This document shows positions 13,331 through 27,200 of a stretch of 64,000 bases of DNA, piece by piece. Source of the DNA: the human T2T-CHM13v2.0 reference genome, Homo sapiens. Each line of letters begins with the position of its first letter. Within the stretch, counting starts at the first letter, position 1. The DNA is taken from assembly GCF_009914755.1 (NCBI RefSeq), contig NC_060946.1. One strand, written 5' to 3'. Made by a program: the position numbers and the translations under genes. The notes beneath the pieces were generated by a model. It was not told the origin of the DNA, ran no database searches, and was given only the letters and a program-made list of their open reading frames with translations.

Positions 13331-16300
13331 TATAATGGTATAGAATGGAATGGAATGGAATGGAATGGAATCAACCAGAGTGGAATGGAATGGAATGGAA
13401 TGGAATGGAATAGAATGGAATGGAATGGAATGGACTGTAACGGCATGGAATGCAATGGAATGGAGTGGAATCAACCCGAGTGGAATGGAATGGAATGGAG
13501 TGGATTCAACGCGAGAGGAATGGAATGGAATGGAATGGAATGGAATGGAATGGAATGGAATGGAATCATCCAGAGTGGAATGGAATGGAATGGAATGGAA
13601 TGGAATGGAATGGAATGGAATGGAATGGAATGGAATATATTGGAATGGAATGCAACGGAATCAACTGGAATGGAATGGAATGGATTATAATGGAATGGGA
13701 TGGAATCAATCCGGGTGGAATGGAATGGAATGGAATGGAATTCATTGTAATGGAAACAAACCGCGAGGAATGTAATGGAATGGAATGGAAAAAAATCAAC
13801 CCGAATGGAATGGATTGGAATAGAGTGGAATGGAATGGAATGGCATGGAATGCAATGAAATCAACTAGAATGGAATGGAATGGAATGGAATGAACAGGAA
13901 TGGAATGGAATGGAGTGGAATGGAATGGAATGGAGTGGAATGGAATGGAATGGAATGAAATCAACCCGATTGGAATCGAATGGAATGCAATGGAATGGAA
14001 TGGAATCAACTGGAAAGGAATCAAATGGAACGGAATGGAATGGAATGGAATGGAATGGAATGGAATGGAATGAATTATAATGGAATGGAATGGAATCAAC
14101 CCGAGTGGAATGGAATGGAAAGGAATGGAATGGAATCAACCTGAGTGCAATGGAAAGGAATGGAATGGAATGGATTATAATGGAATAGAATGGAATCAAT
14201 CCGGGTGGAATGGAATGGGATGGAATCAACTCAAGTGGAATGAAATGGAATGGAATGGAATGGAATGGAATGGAATTGAATGGAATGGAATCAATTCGAG
14301 TGCAATTTAATGGTATAGAATGGAATGGAATGGAATGGAATGGAATGGAATGGAATCAACCAGAGTGGAAACGAATGGAAAGGAATGGAATGGAATGGAA
14401 TGGAATGGAATGGAATGGAATGGAATGGAATAGAATGGAATGTAACGGCATGGAATGGAATGGAATGGAGTGGAATCAACCCGAGTGGAATGGAGTGCAA
14501 TGGACTGGAAAGGCATGGAATGGAATGGAATGGAGTGGAATAAACACGAGTGGAATGGAATGGAATGGAATGGAACGGAACGGAATCAACCCGAGTGCAA
14601 TGGAATGGAATAGAATGGAATGAAATAAACACGAGTGGAAAGGAATGGAATGGAATGGAATGGAATGGAATGGAAGAGAACGGAATGGAATCAACTCGAG
14701 TGGAAAGGAATGGAATGGAAAGCAATAGAATGGAATGGAAAGGAATGGAATGCAATGGAATGCAATGTTATGGAATGGAATCAACCCGAGTGGAATGGAA
14801 TGGAATGGAATGGAATGGAATGGAATGCAATGGACTGGAATGGAATGGAATGCAATGGAATGGACAGGAATGGAATGGAATGCAATGGACTGGAATGGAA
14901 TGGAATGCAATGGAATGGACAGGAATGGAATGGAATGGAATGGAATGGAATGGAATGGAATGGACAGGAATGGAATGGAATGGAATGGAACGGAGTGGAA
15001 TGGACTAGAATGGAATGGAATGGAATGAAATCAACCCGATTGGAATGGAATGGAATGGAATGGAATCAACTGGAAAGGAATCAAAAGGAATGGAATGGAA
15101 TAGAATGGAATGGAATAGAATGGAATGGAATGGAATGGAATCAACCCGAGTGGAATGGATTGGAATGGAGTGGAATGGAATGGAACGGCATGGAATTCAA
15201 TGGCATCAACTAGAAAGGAATGGAATGGAATTGATTGGAATGGAATCGAACGGAATCGCACTGAGTGGAATGGAATGGAATGGAATCAAACTGAGTGGAA
15301 TGGAATGGAATGGAATGCAATGGAATGTAATGGAGTGGAAGGCATTAGAATCGACTGGAATGCAATGGAATGGAATGGAGTGAAATGCAATGGAATGCAA
15401 TGGAATGGAATGGAATGGAATGGAATGGAATTCAATGTAATGGAAACAAACCAAGTGGAATGTAATGAAATGGAAAGGACTGGAATGTAATGGAATGGAT
15501 TGGAATCAACCCAATTCCAATGCAACGGAATGGAATGGAAGGGAATGGAATGGAATGGAAAGGAATGGAATGAACTGGAATGGAATGGAATGGAATGGAA
15601 TTTAATGGAATGGAATGGAATGAAATCAACCCGATTGGAATGGAATAGAATGCAATGGAATGGAATGGAATCAACTGGAAAGGAATCAAATGGAACGGAA
15701 TGGAATAGAATGGAATGGATTGGAATGGAAAGGAATGGATTCAACCCGAGTGGAATGGAATGGAATAGAACGGAATAAACACGAGTGGAATGGAATGGAA
15801 TGGAATGGAATGGAATCAACTCGAGTGGAATGAAATGTAATGTAATGGAATGGAATGGAATTGAATGGAATAAACACGAGTGGAATGGAATGGAATGGAA
15901 TGGAATGGAATAGAATGGAGTCAATTCAAGTGCAATGGAATGGTATACAATGGAATCGAATGGAATGGAATCAACCAGAGTGGAATGGAATGGAAAGGAA
16001 TGGAATGGAATGGAACGGAACGGAATGGAATGGAATGGAATGGAACGGCATGGAATGGAATGGAATGGAATGGAATGGAATGGAATGGAATGGAATGGAA
16101 TATAACGGCATGCAATGGAATGGAATGGAGTGGATTCAACCCGAGTGGAATGGAGTGGATTGAACTGTAAAGGCATGGAATGGAATGGAATGGAGTGGAA
16201 TAAACAAGAGTGGAATGGAATGGAATAGAATGGAATGGAATGGAATGGAGTGAAATAAACTCGAGTGGAATGGAATGGAATGGAATAGAATGGAATGGAA

Positions 16301-19300
16301 TGGAAAGGAATGGAAGAGAATGGAATGGAATCAACTCGAGTGGAAAGGAATGGAATGGAAAGGAATGGAATGGAATGGAAAGGAATGGAATGCAATGGAT
16401 TGCAGTGTTATGGAATGGAATCAACCCGAGTGGAATGGAATGGAATGGAATGGAATGGAATGGAATGGACAGGAATGGAATGGAATGGAATGGAATGGAA
16501 TGGAATGGAATGGAATGGAATGGAATGGAGTGGAATGGACTAGAATGGAATGGAATGGAATGAAATCAACCCGATGGGAATGGAATGGAATGCAATGGAA
16601 AGGAATGGAATCAACTGGAAAGGAATCAAATGGAACGGAATGGAATTGAATGGAATGGATTGGAATGGAATGGAATGGAATCAAACCTAGTAGAATGGAA
16701 TGGAAAGAATGGAATGTACAGGAATGGAATGGAATGGAATTTAATGGAATGGAATGGAATGGAATGGAATTTAATAGAATGGAATGGAATGGAATGGAAT
16801 AGAATGGAATGGAATCAACCCGATTGGAGTCAAATGAAATGGAATGGAAATGAATGGAATAGAATGGAATGGAATGGAACGGAAAGGAATGGCATGAACC
16901 CGAGTGGAATGGAATGGAATGGAATGGAATGGAATGGAATGGAATGGAATGGAATCGAAAGGCACGGAATGGAATGGAATGGAATGGAATGGATAATAAT
17001 GGAATGGAATGGAATCAATCCGGGTGGAATGGAATGGAATGGAATGCAATGGAATGGAATGGAATCAACTCGAGTGGAATGAAATGTAACGTAATGTAAT
17101 GGAATGGAATGGAATGGAATGGAATAGAATGGAATTAATTTGAGTGTAATATAACGGTATAGAATGGAATGGAATGGAATGGAATGGAATCAACTAGAGT
17201 GGAAACGAATGGAAAGGAATGGAATGGAATGGAATGGAGTGGAATGGAATGGAATGGAATGGAATGGAATGGCATGGAATGGAATGGAATGGAGTGGAAT
17301 CAACCAGAGTGGAATGGAGTGCAATGGACTGTAATGGAATGGAATGGAATGGAATGGAGTGGAATAAACACGAGTGGAATGGAATGGAATGGAATGGACT
17401 GGAATGGAATGGAATGTAATCAACCCGAGTGCAATGGAATGGAATAGAATGGAATGAAACAAACACGTGTGGAAAGGAATGGAATGGAATGGAATGGAAT
17501 GGAAGAGAATGGAATGGAATCAACTCGAGTGGAAAGGAATGGAATGGAAAGGAATGGAATGGAATGGAAAGGAATGGAATGCAATGGAATGCAATGTTAT
17601 GGAATGGAATCAACCCGAGTGGAATGGAATGGAATGGAATGGAATGGAATGGAATGCAATGGAATGGACAGGAGTGGAATGGAATGGAATTCAATGGAAT
17701 GGAATGGACAGGAATGGAATGGAATGGAATGGAATGGAATGGAGTGGAATGGACTAGAATGGAATGGAATGGAATGAAATCAACCCGATTGGAATGGAAT
17801 GGAATGCAATGGAATGGAATGGAATCAACTGGAAAGGAATCAAATGGAACGGAATGGAATGGAATGGAATGGAATGGAACGGAATGGAATGGAATGGAAT
17901 GGAATGGAATCAACCCTAGTGGAATGGAATGGAATGAAATCAAACTGAGTGGAATGGAAGGGAATGGAATGCAATGGAATGTAATGGAGTGGAAGGCATT
18001 TGAATCAACTGGAATGGAATGGAAAGGAATGGAATGGAATGGAATCAACCCCAGTGGAATGGAATGGAATGGAATGGATTATAATGGAATGGAATGGAAT
18101 CAATCTGGGTGGAATGGAATGGAATGGAATGGATTATAATGGAATGGAATGGAATCAATCCGGGTGGAGTGGAATTGAATGGAATGGAATGGAATGGAAT
18201 GGAATGGAATGGATTGGAATTCAATGTAATGGAAACAACCCGAGTGGAATGTAATGGAATGGAAAGGACTGGAATGTAATGGAATGGATTGGAATCAACC
18301 CGATTCCAATGCAAAGGAATGGAATGGAATGGAATGGAATGGAAGGGAATGGAATGGAATGGAAAGGAATGGAATGAACTGTAATGGAATGGAATGGAAT
18401 GGAATTTAATGGAATGGAATGGAATCAACCCGAGTGGAGTGGAATGGAATGGAATGGAAATGAATGGAATAGAATGGAATGGAATGGAACGGAACGGAAT
18501 GGAAAGAACCCGAGTGGAATGGATTGTAATGGAAATGAATGGAATAGAAGGAAATGGAATGGAATGGAACGGAATGGAACGAACCCGAGTGGAATGGATT
18601 GGAATGGAATGGAATGGAAAGGAACGGAATGGAATGGATTGGAATGGAATCAACCCGAGTGGAATGGAATGGAATGGAATGGAATCAAACTGAGTGGAAT
18701 GGAAGGGAATGGAATGCAATGGAATGTAATGGAGTGGAAGGCATTTGATTCAACTGGAATGGAATGGAATGGAATGGAATGGAATGGAATGGAATCAACC
18801 CCAGTGGAATGGATTGGATGGGAATGGATTATAATGGAATGGAATGGAATCAATCCGAGTGGAATGGAATGGAATGGAATGGATTATAGTTGAATGGAAT
18901 GGAATCAATCCTTGTGGAATGGAGTGGAATGGAATGGAATAGAATGGAATGGAATTCAATGTAATGGAAACAAACCGAGTGGAATGTAATGGAATGGAAA
19001 GGACTGGAATCTAATGGAATGTATTGGAATCAACCTGATTCCAATGCAACGGAATGGAATGGAATGGAATGCAATGGAAGGGAATGGAATGGAATGGAAT
19101 GGAAAAGAATGGAATAAACTGGAATTGAATGGAATGGAATGGAATTTAATGGAATGGAATGGAATGGAATGGAATGGAATGGAATGGAATGGAATCAACC
19201 CGAGTGGAGTGGAATGGAATGCAATGAAAATGAATGGAATGGAATGGAATGGAATGGAATGGAATGGAATCAACCCGAGTGGAGTGGAATGGAATGCAAT

Positions 19301-20269
19301 GGAAATGAATGGAATAGAATGGAATGGAATGGAAAGGAACGGAATGGAATGAACCCGAGTGGAATGGAATGGAATAGAATGGAATGGAAAGGCACGAAAT
19401 GGAATGGAATGGAATGGAATGGAATGGAATGGAATGGAATGGAATGGAATCAACCCGAGTGGAATGGAATGGAATGGAATCAAACTGAGTGGAATGGAAT
19501 GGAATGGAATGGAATGGAATGGAATGGAATGGAATGGAGTGGAAGGCATTAGAATCACCTGGAATGGAATGGAATGGAATGGAATGGAATGGAATGGAAT
19601 GGAATCTACCCGAGTGGAATGGAATGGAATGGAATCAAACTGAGTGGAAAGGAATGGAATGGAATGGAATGGAATGGAATGCAATGGAATGGAATGGAAT
19701 CAACCACAGTGGAATGGAATGGAATGGAATGGATTATAATAGAATGGAATGGAATCAATCCGGGTGGAATGGAATGGAATGGAATGGAATGGAATAGAAT
19801 GGAATGGAATGGAATAGAATGGAATGGAATCAACTCGAGTGGAATGAAATGTAACGTGATGGAATGGAATGGAATGGAATGGAATGGAATGGAATGGAAT
19901 ACAATGGAATCAATTCGAGTGCCATGTAATGGTATAGAATGGAATGGAATGGAATGGAATGAAATGGAATGGAATGGAATGGAATGGAATCATCCAGAGT
20001 GGAATGGAATGGAATGGAATGGAATGGAATGGAATGGAATGGAATATATTGGAATGGAATGGAATGGAATGGAATGGAATGGAATATATTGGAATGGAAT
20101 GCAACGGAATCAACTGGAATGGAATAGAATGGAATGGAATGGATTATAATGGAATGGAATGGAATCAATCCGGGTGGAATGGAATGGAATGGAATGGAAT
20201 GGAATTCAATGTAATGGAAACAAACCGAGAGGAATGTAATGGAATGGAAAGGACTGGAATGTAATGGAA

Positions 20270-20298
20270 TGCATTGGAATCAAACCGATTCCAATGCA
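20270..20298. other. Perfect 12-bp inverted repeat with 5-nt loop (TGCATTGGAATC-AAACC-GATTCCAATGCA)
   Basis: Arms 20270-20281 and 20287-20298 are exact reverse complements. An identical copy is at 57648-57676 and shorter-stem versions recur throughout B-type sequence. Confidence 0.9.
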
Positions 20299-21139
20299 AC
20301 GGAATGGAATAGAATGCAATGGAAAGAAATCAACCCGAATGGAATGGATTGGAATAGAGTGGAATGGAATGGAATGGCATGGAATGCAATGAAATCAACT
20401 AGAATGGAATGGAATGGAACGGAATGAACAGGAATGGAATGGAATGGAATGGAATGGAATGGAATGGAATGGAATGGAGTGGAATGGAATGGAATGGAAT
20501 GAAATCAACCCGATTGGAATGGAATGGAATGCAATGGAATGGAATGGAATCAACTGGAAAGGAATCAAGTGGAACGGAATGGAATGGAATGGAATGGAAT
20601 GGAATGGAACGGAACGGAAAAAACCTCTGTGGAATGGAATGGAATGGAATGGATTATAATGGAATGGAATGGAATCAATCCAGGTGGAATGGAATGGAAT
20701 GGAATGGAATGCAATGGAATGGACAGGAATGGAATGGAATAGAATTCAATGGAATGGAATGGACAGGAATGCAATGGAATGTAATGGAATGGAATGGAAT
20801 GGAGTGGAATGCACTAGAATGGAATGGAATGGAATGAAATCAACCCGATTGGAATGGAATGGAATGCAATGGAATGGAATGGAATCAACTGGAAAGGAAT
20901 CAAATGGAACGGAATGGAATAGAATGGAATGGATTGGAATGGAAAGGAATGGATTCAACCCGAGTGGAATGGAATGGAATAGAACGGAATAAACACGAGT
21001 GGAATGGAATGGAATGGAATGGAATGGAATGGAATGGAATGGAATGGAATGGAATCAACTCGAGTGGAATGAAATGTAATGTAATGGAATGGAATGGAAT
21101 TGAATGGAATAAACACGAGTGGAATGGAATGGAATGGAA

Positions 21140-24100
21140 TGGAATGGAATAGAATGGAGTCAATTCAAGTGCAATGGAATAGTATACAATGGAATCGAAT
21201 GGAATGGAATCAACCAGAGTGGAATGGAATGGAAAGGAATGGAATGGAATGGAACGGAACGGAATGGAATGGAATGGAATGGAATGTAACGGCATGGAAT
21301 GGAATGGAATGGAATGGAATGGAATGGAATGGAATATAACGGCATGCAATGGAATGGAATGGAGTGGATTCAACCCGAGTGGAATGGAGTGGATTGGACT
21401 GTAACGGCATGGAATGGAATGGAATGGAGTGGAATAAACACGAGTGGAATGGAAAGTAATGGAATGGACTGGAATCAACCCGAGTGCAAAGGAATGGAAT
21501 GGAATGGAATGGAATGGAGTGAAATAAACTCGAGTGGAATGGAATGGAATGGAATAGAATGGAATGGAATGGAAAGGAATGGAAGAGAATGGAATGGAAT
21601 CAACTCGAGTGGAAAGGAATGGAATGGAAAGGAATGGAATGGAATGGAAAGGAATGGAATGCAATGGAATGCAGTGTTATGGAATGGAATCAACCCGAGT
21701 GGAATGGAATGGAATGGAATGGAATGGAATGGATTGGAATGGAATGGACAGGAATGGAATGGAATGGAATGGAACGGAATGGACAGGAATGGAATGGAAT
21801 GGAATGGAATGGAATGGAGTGGAATGGACTAGAATGGAATGGAATGGAATGAAATAAACCCGATGGGAATGGAATGGAATGCAATGGAATGGAATGGAAT
21901 CAACAGGAAAGGAATCAAATGGAACGGAATGGAATTGAATGGAATGGATTGGAATGGAATGGAATGGAATCAAACCTAGTAGAATGGAATGGAAAGAATG
22001 GAATGTACAGGAATGGAATGGAATGGAATGGAATTTAATGGAATGGAATGGAATGGAATGGAATTTAATAGAATGGAATGGAATGGAATGGAATGAAATG
22101 GAATGGAATGGAATGGAATGGAATCAACCCGATTGGAGTCAAATGAAATGGAATGGAAATGAATGGAATAGAATGGAATGGAATGGAACGGAAAGGAAAG
22201 GCATGAACCCGAGTGGAATGGAATGGAATGGAATGGAATCAAACTGAGTGGAATGGAATGGAATGGAATGCAATGGAATGTAATGGAGTGGAAGGCATTA
22301 GAATCAACTGGAATGGAATGGAGTGGAATGGAATGGAATCAACGCCAGTGGAATGGATTGGAATGGAATGGATAATAATGGAATGGAATGGAATCAATCC
22401 GGGTGGAATGGAATGGAATGGAATGCAATGGAATGGAATGGAATCAACTCGAGTGGAATGAAATGTAACGTAATGTAACGGAATGGAATGGAATGGAATG
22501 GAATAGAATGGAATCAATTCGAGTGTAATATAACGGTATAGAATGGAATGGAATGGAATGGAATGGAAACAACTAGAGTGGAAACGAATGGAAAGGAATG
22601 GAATGGAATGGAATGGAGTGTAATGGAATTTAATGGAATGGAATGGAATGGAATGGAATGGAATAGAATGGAGTCAATTCAAGTGCAATGGAATGGTATA
22701 CAATGGAATCGAATGGAATGAAATCAACCAGAGTGGAATGGAATGGAAAGGAATGGAATGGAATGGAACGGAACGGAATGGAATGGAATGGAATGGAATG
22801 TAACGGCATGGAATGGAATGGAATGGAATGGAATGGAATGGAATGGAATATAACGGCATGCAATGGAATGGAATGGAGTGGATTCAACCCGAGTGGAATG
22901 GAGTGGATTGGACTGTAACGGCATGGAATGGAATGGAATGGAGTGGAATAAACACGAGTGGAATGGAAAGGAATGGAATGGACTGGAATCAACCTGAGTG
23001 CAATGGAATGGAATAGAATGGAATGGAATGGAGTGAAATAAACTCGAGTGGAATGGAATGGAATGGAATACAATGGAATGGAATGGAAAGGAATGGAAGA
23101 GAATGGAATGGAATCAACTCGAGTGGAAAGGAATGGAATGGAAAGGAATGGAATGGAATGGAAAGGAATGGAATGCAATGGAATGCAGTGTTATGGAATG
23201 GAATCAACCCGAGTGGAATGGAATGGAATGGAATGGAATGGAATGGAATGGATTGGAATGGAATGGACAGGAATGGAATGGAATGGAATGGAACGGAATG
23301 GACAGGAATGGAATGGAATGGAATGGAATGGAATGGAATGGAGTGGAATGGACTAGAATGGAATGGAATGGAATGAAATCAACCCGATGGGAATGGAATG
23401 GAATGCAATGGAATGGAATGGAATCAACTGGAAAGGAATCAAATGGAAGGGAATGGAATTGAATGGAATGGATTGGAATGGAATGGAATGGAATCAAACC
23501 TAGTAGAATGGAATGGAAAGAATGGAATGTACAGGAATGGAATGGAATGGAATGGAATTTAATGGAATGGAATGGAATGGAATGGAATTTAATAGAATGG
23601 AATGGAATGGAATGGAATGGAATGGAATGGAATGGAATGGAATGGAATCAACCCGATTGGAGTCAAATGAAATGGAATGGAAATGAATGGAATAGAATGG
23701 AATGGAATGGAACGGAAAGGAATGGCATGAACCCGAGTGGAATGGAATGGAATGGAATGGAATGGAATGGAATGGAATGGAATCGAAAGGCACGGAATGG
23801 AATGGAATGGAATGGAATGGAATGGAATGGAATGGAATGGAATCAACCCGAGTGGAATGGAATGGAATGGAATCAAACTGAGTGGAATGGAATGGAATGG
23901 AATGCAATGGAATGTAATGGAGTGGAAGGCATTAGAATCAACTGGAATGGAATGGAGTGGAATAGAATGGAATCAACGCCAGTGGAATGGAATGGAATGG
24001 AATGGATAATAATGGAATGGAATGGAATCAATCCGGGTGGAATGGAATGGAATGGAATGCAATGGAATGGAATGGAATCAACTCGAGTGGAATGAAATGT

Positions 24101-24270
24101 AACGTAATGTAATGTAATGTAATGGAATGGAATGGAATAGAATGGAATCAATTCGAGTGTAATATAACGGTATAGAATGGAATGGAATGGAATGGAATGG
24201 AATCAACTAGAGTGGAAACGAATGGAAAGGAATGGAATGGAATGGAATGGAGTGTAACGGAATGGAATGG
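21140..24270 (+). repeat. ~1.52-1.63 kb tandem duplication
   Basis: GAGTCAATTC (21157/22671), CAAACCTAGT (21971/23495), GGAGTCAAATGAAAT (22135/23659) and AACTAGAGTGGAAACG (~22570/~24205). Confidence 0.8.
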
Positions 24271-27200
24271 AATGGAATGGAATGGAATGGAATGGAATGG
24301 CATGGAATGGAATGGAATGGAGTGGAATCAACCAGAGTGGAATGGAGTGCAATGGACTGTAACGGCATGGAATGGAATGGAATGGAGTGGAATAAACACG
24401 AGTGGAATGGAATGGAATGGAATGGACTGGAATGGAATGGAATGGAATCAACCCGAGTGAAATGGAATGGAATAGAATGGAATGAAATAAGCACGAGTGG
24501 AAAGGAATGGAATGGAATGGAATGGAAGAGAATGGAATGGAAAGGAATGGAATGCAATGGAAACTAATGGAACGGAATGGAAACAACCCGAGTGGAATGG
24601 AATGCAATGGAAAGGAATGGAATGGAATGGAAAGGAATGGAATGCAATGGAATGCAATGTTATGGAATGGAATCAACCCGAGTTGAATGGAATGGAATGG
24701 AATGGAATGCAATGGAATGGAATGGAATCAACTCGAGTGGAATGAAATGTAATGTAATGTAATGTAATGGAATGGAATGGAATGGAATGGAATGGAATAG
24801 AATGGAATCATTTCGAATGCAATGTAATGGTATAGAATGGAATGGAATGGAATGGAATCAACCAGAGTGGAATGGAATGGAAAGGAATGGAAAGGAATGG
24901 AATGGAATGGAATGTAACGGCATGGAATGGAATGGAATGGAGTGGAATCAACCCGAGTGGAATGGAGTGGAATGGACTGTAATGGAATGGAATGGAATGG
25001 AGTGGAATAAACACAAGTGGAAAGGAATGGAATGGAATCAAACTGATTGGAATGGAATGGAATGGAAAGCAATGGAATGTAATGCAGTGGAAGGCATTAG
25101 AATCAACTGGAATAGGAATGGAGTGGAATGGAATGGAATCAACGCCAGTGGAATGGATTGGAATGGAATGGATAATAATGGAATGGAAGGGAATCAATCC
25201 GGGTGGAATGGAATGGAAAGGAATGCAATGGAATGAAATGGAATCAACTCGAGTGGAATGAAATGTAAGGTAATGTAATGGAATGGAATGGAATGGAATG
25301 GAATGGAATAGAATGGAATCAATTCGAGTGCAATATAATGGTATAGAATGGAATGGAATGGAATGGAATGGAATGGAATCAACCAGAGTGGAATGGAATG
25401 GAAACGAATGGAATGGAATGGAATGGAATGGAATGGAATGGAATGGCACGGCATGGAATGGAATGGAATGGAGTGGAATCAACCCGAGTGGAATGGAGTG
25501 GAATGGACTGTAATGGCATGGAATGGAATGGCATGGAATGGAGTGGAATAAACACAAGTGGAATGGAATGGAATGGAATGGACTGGAATCAACCAGAGTG
25601 CAATGGAATGGAATAGAATGGAATGGAATGAAATGGAATGAAATAAACACGAGCGGAATGGAATGGAATGGAATGGAATGGTATGGAGTGGAATGGACTA
25701 GAATGGAATGGAATGGAATGAAATCAACCCGATTGGATTGGAATGGAATGCAATGGAATGGAATGGAATCAACTGGAAAGGAATCAAATGGAACGGAATG
25801 GAATGGAATGGAATGGAATGGAATGGAATGGAACGGAATGGAATCAACCTCTGTGGAATGGAATGGAATGGAATGGATTATAATGGAATAGAATGGAATC
25901 AATCCGGGTGGAATGGAATGGAATGGAATGGAATGGAATGGAATGGAATGCAATGGTATGGACAGGAATGGAATGGAATGGAAATCAATGGAATGGAATT
26001 CAATGGAATGGAATGGACAGGAATGCAATGGAATGTAATGGAATGGAATGGAATGGAGTGGAATGGACTAGAATGGAATGGAATGGAATAAAATCAACCC
26101 GTTTGGAATGGAATGGAATGCAATGGAATGGAATGGAATCAACTGTAAAGGAATCAAATGGAACGGAATGGAATAGAATGGAATGGATTGGAATGGAAAG
26201 GAATGGATTCAACCCGAGTGGAATGGAATGGAATGGAACGGAATAAACACGAGTGGAATGGAATGGAATGGAATGGAATGGAATGGAATGGAATGGAATG
26301 GAATGGAATCAACTCGAGTGGAATGAAATGTAATGTAATGGAATGGAATGGAATTGAATGGAATAAACACGAGTGGAATGGAATGGAATGGAATGGAATG
26401 GAATAGAATGGAGTCAATTCAAGTGCAATGGAATGGTATACAATGGAATCGAATGGAATGGAATCAACCAGAGTGGAATGGAATGGAAAGGAATGGAATG
26501 GAATGGAACGGAACGGAATGGAATGGAATGGAATGGAATGTAACGGCATGGAATGGAATGGAATGGAATGGAATGGAATGGAATGGAATGGAATATAACG
26601 GCATGCAATGGAATGGAATGGAGTGGATTCAACCCGAGTGGAATGGAGTGGATTGGACTGTAACGGCATGGAATGGAATGGAATGGAGTGGAATAAACAC
26701 GAGTGGAATGGAATGGAATGGAATGGACTGGAATGAACCCGAGTGCAATGGAATGGAATGGAATGGAATGGAATGGAATGGAATGGAGTGAAATAAACTC
26801 GAGTGGAATGGAATGGAATGGAATAGAATGGAATGGAATGGAAAGGAATGGAAGAGAATGGAATGGAATCAACTCGAGTGGAAAGGAATGGAATGGAAAG
26901 GAATGGAATGGAATGGAAAGGAATGGAATGCAATGGAATGCAGTGTTATGGAATGGAATCAACCCGAGTGGAATGGAATGGAATGGAAAGGAATGGAATG
27001 CAATGGAATGCAATGTTAGGGAATGGAATCAACCCGAGTGGAATGGAATGGAATGGAATGGAATGCAATGGAATGGAATGGAATGGAATGGAATGGAATG
27101 GAATAGAATGGAATCAATTCCAATGCAATGTAATGGTATAGAATGGAATGGAATGGAATGGAATGGAATCAACCAGAGTGGAATGGAATGGAAAGGAATG

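Noticed and set aside
20270-20298. Hairpins as intrinsic terminators or transposon terminal inverted repeats
   Set aside because: There is no following U-tract, upstream gene, enclosed element or target-site duplication, and the context is eukaryotic satellite.
24808-26028. Longest ORF in the track (406 aa, - strand, poly-FHSIP) and all other - strand ORFs
   Set aside because: (ATTCC)n has no stop codon in any frame, so long ORFs are expected. The translation is a pure pentapeptide repeat with no domain, and overlapping ORFs occur in all frames.
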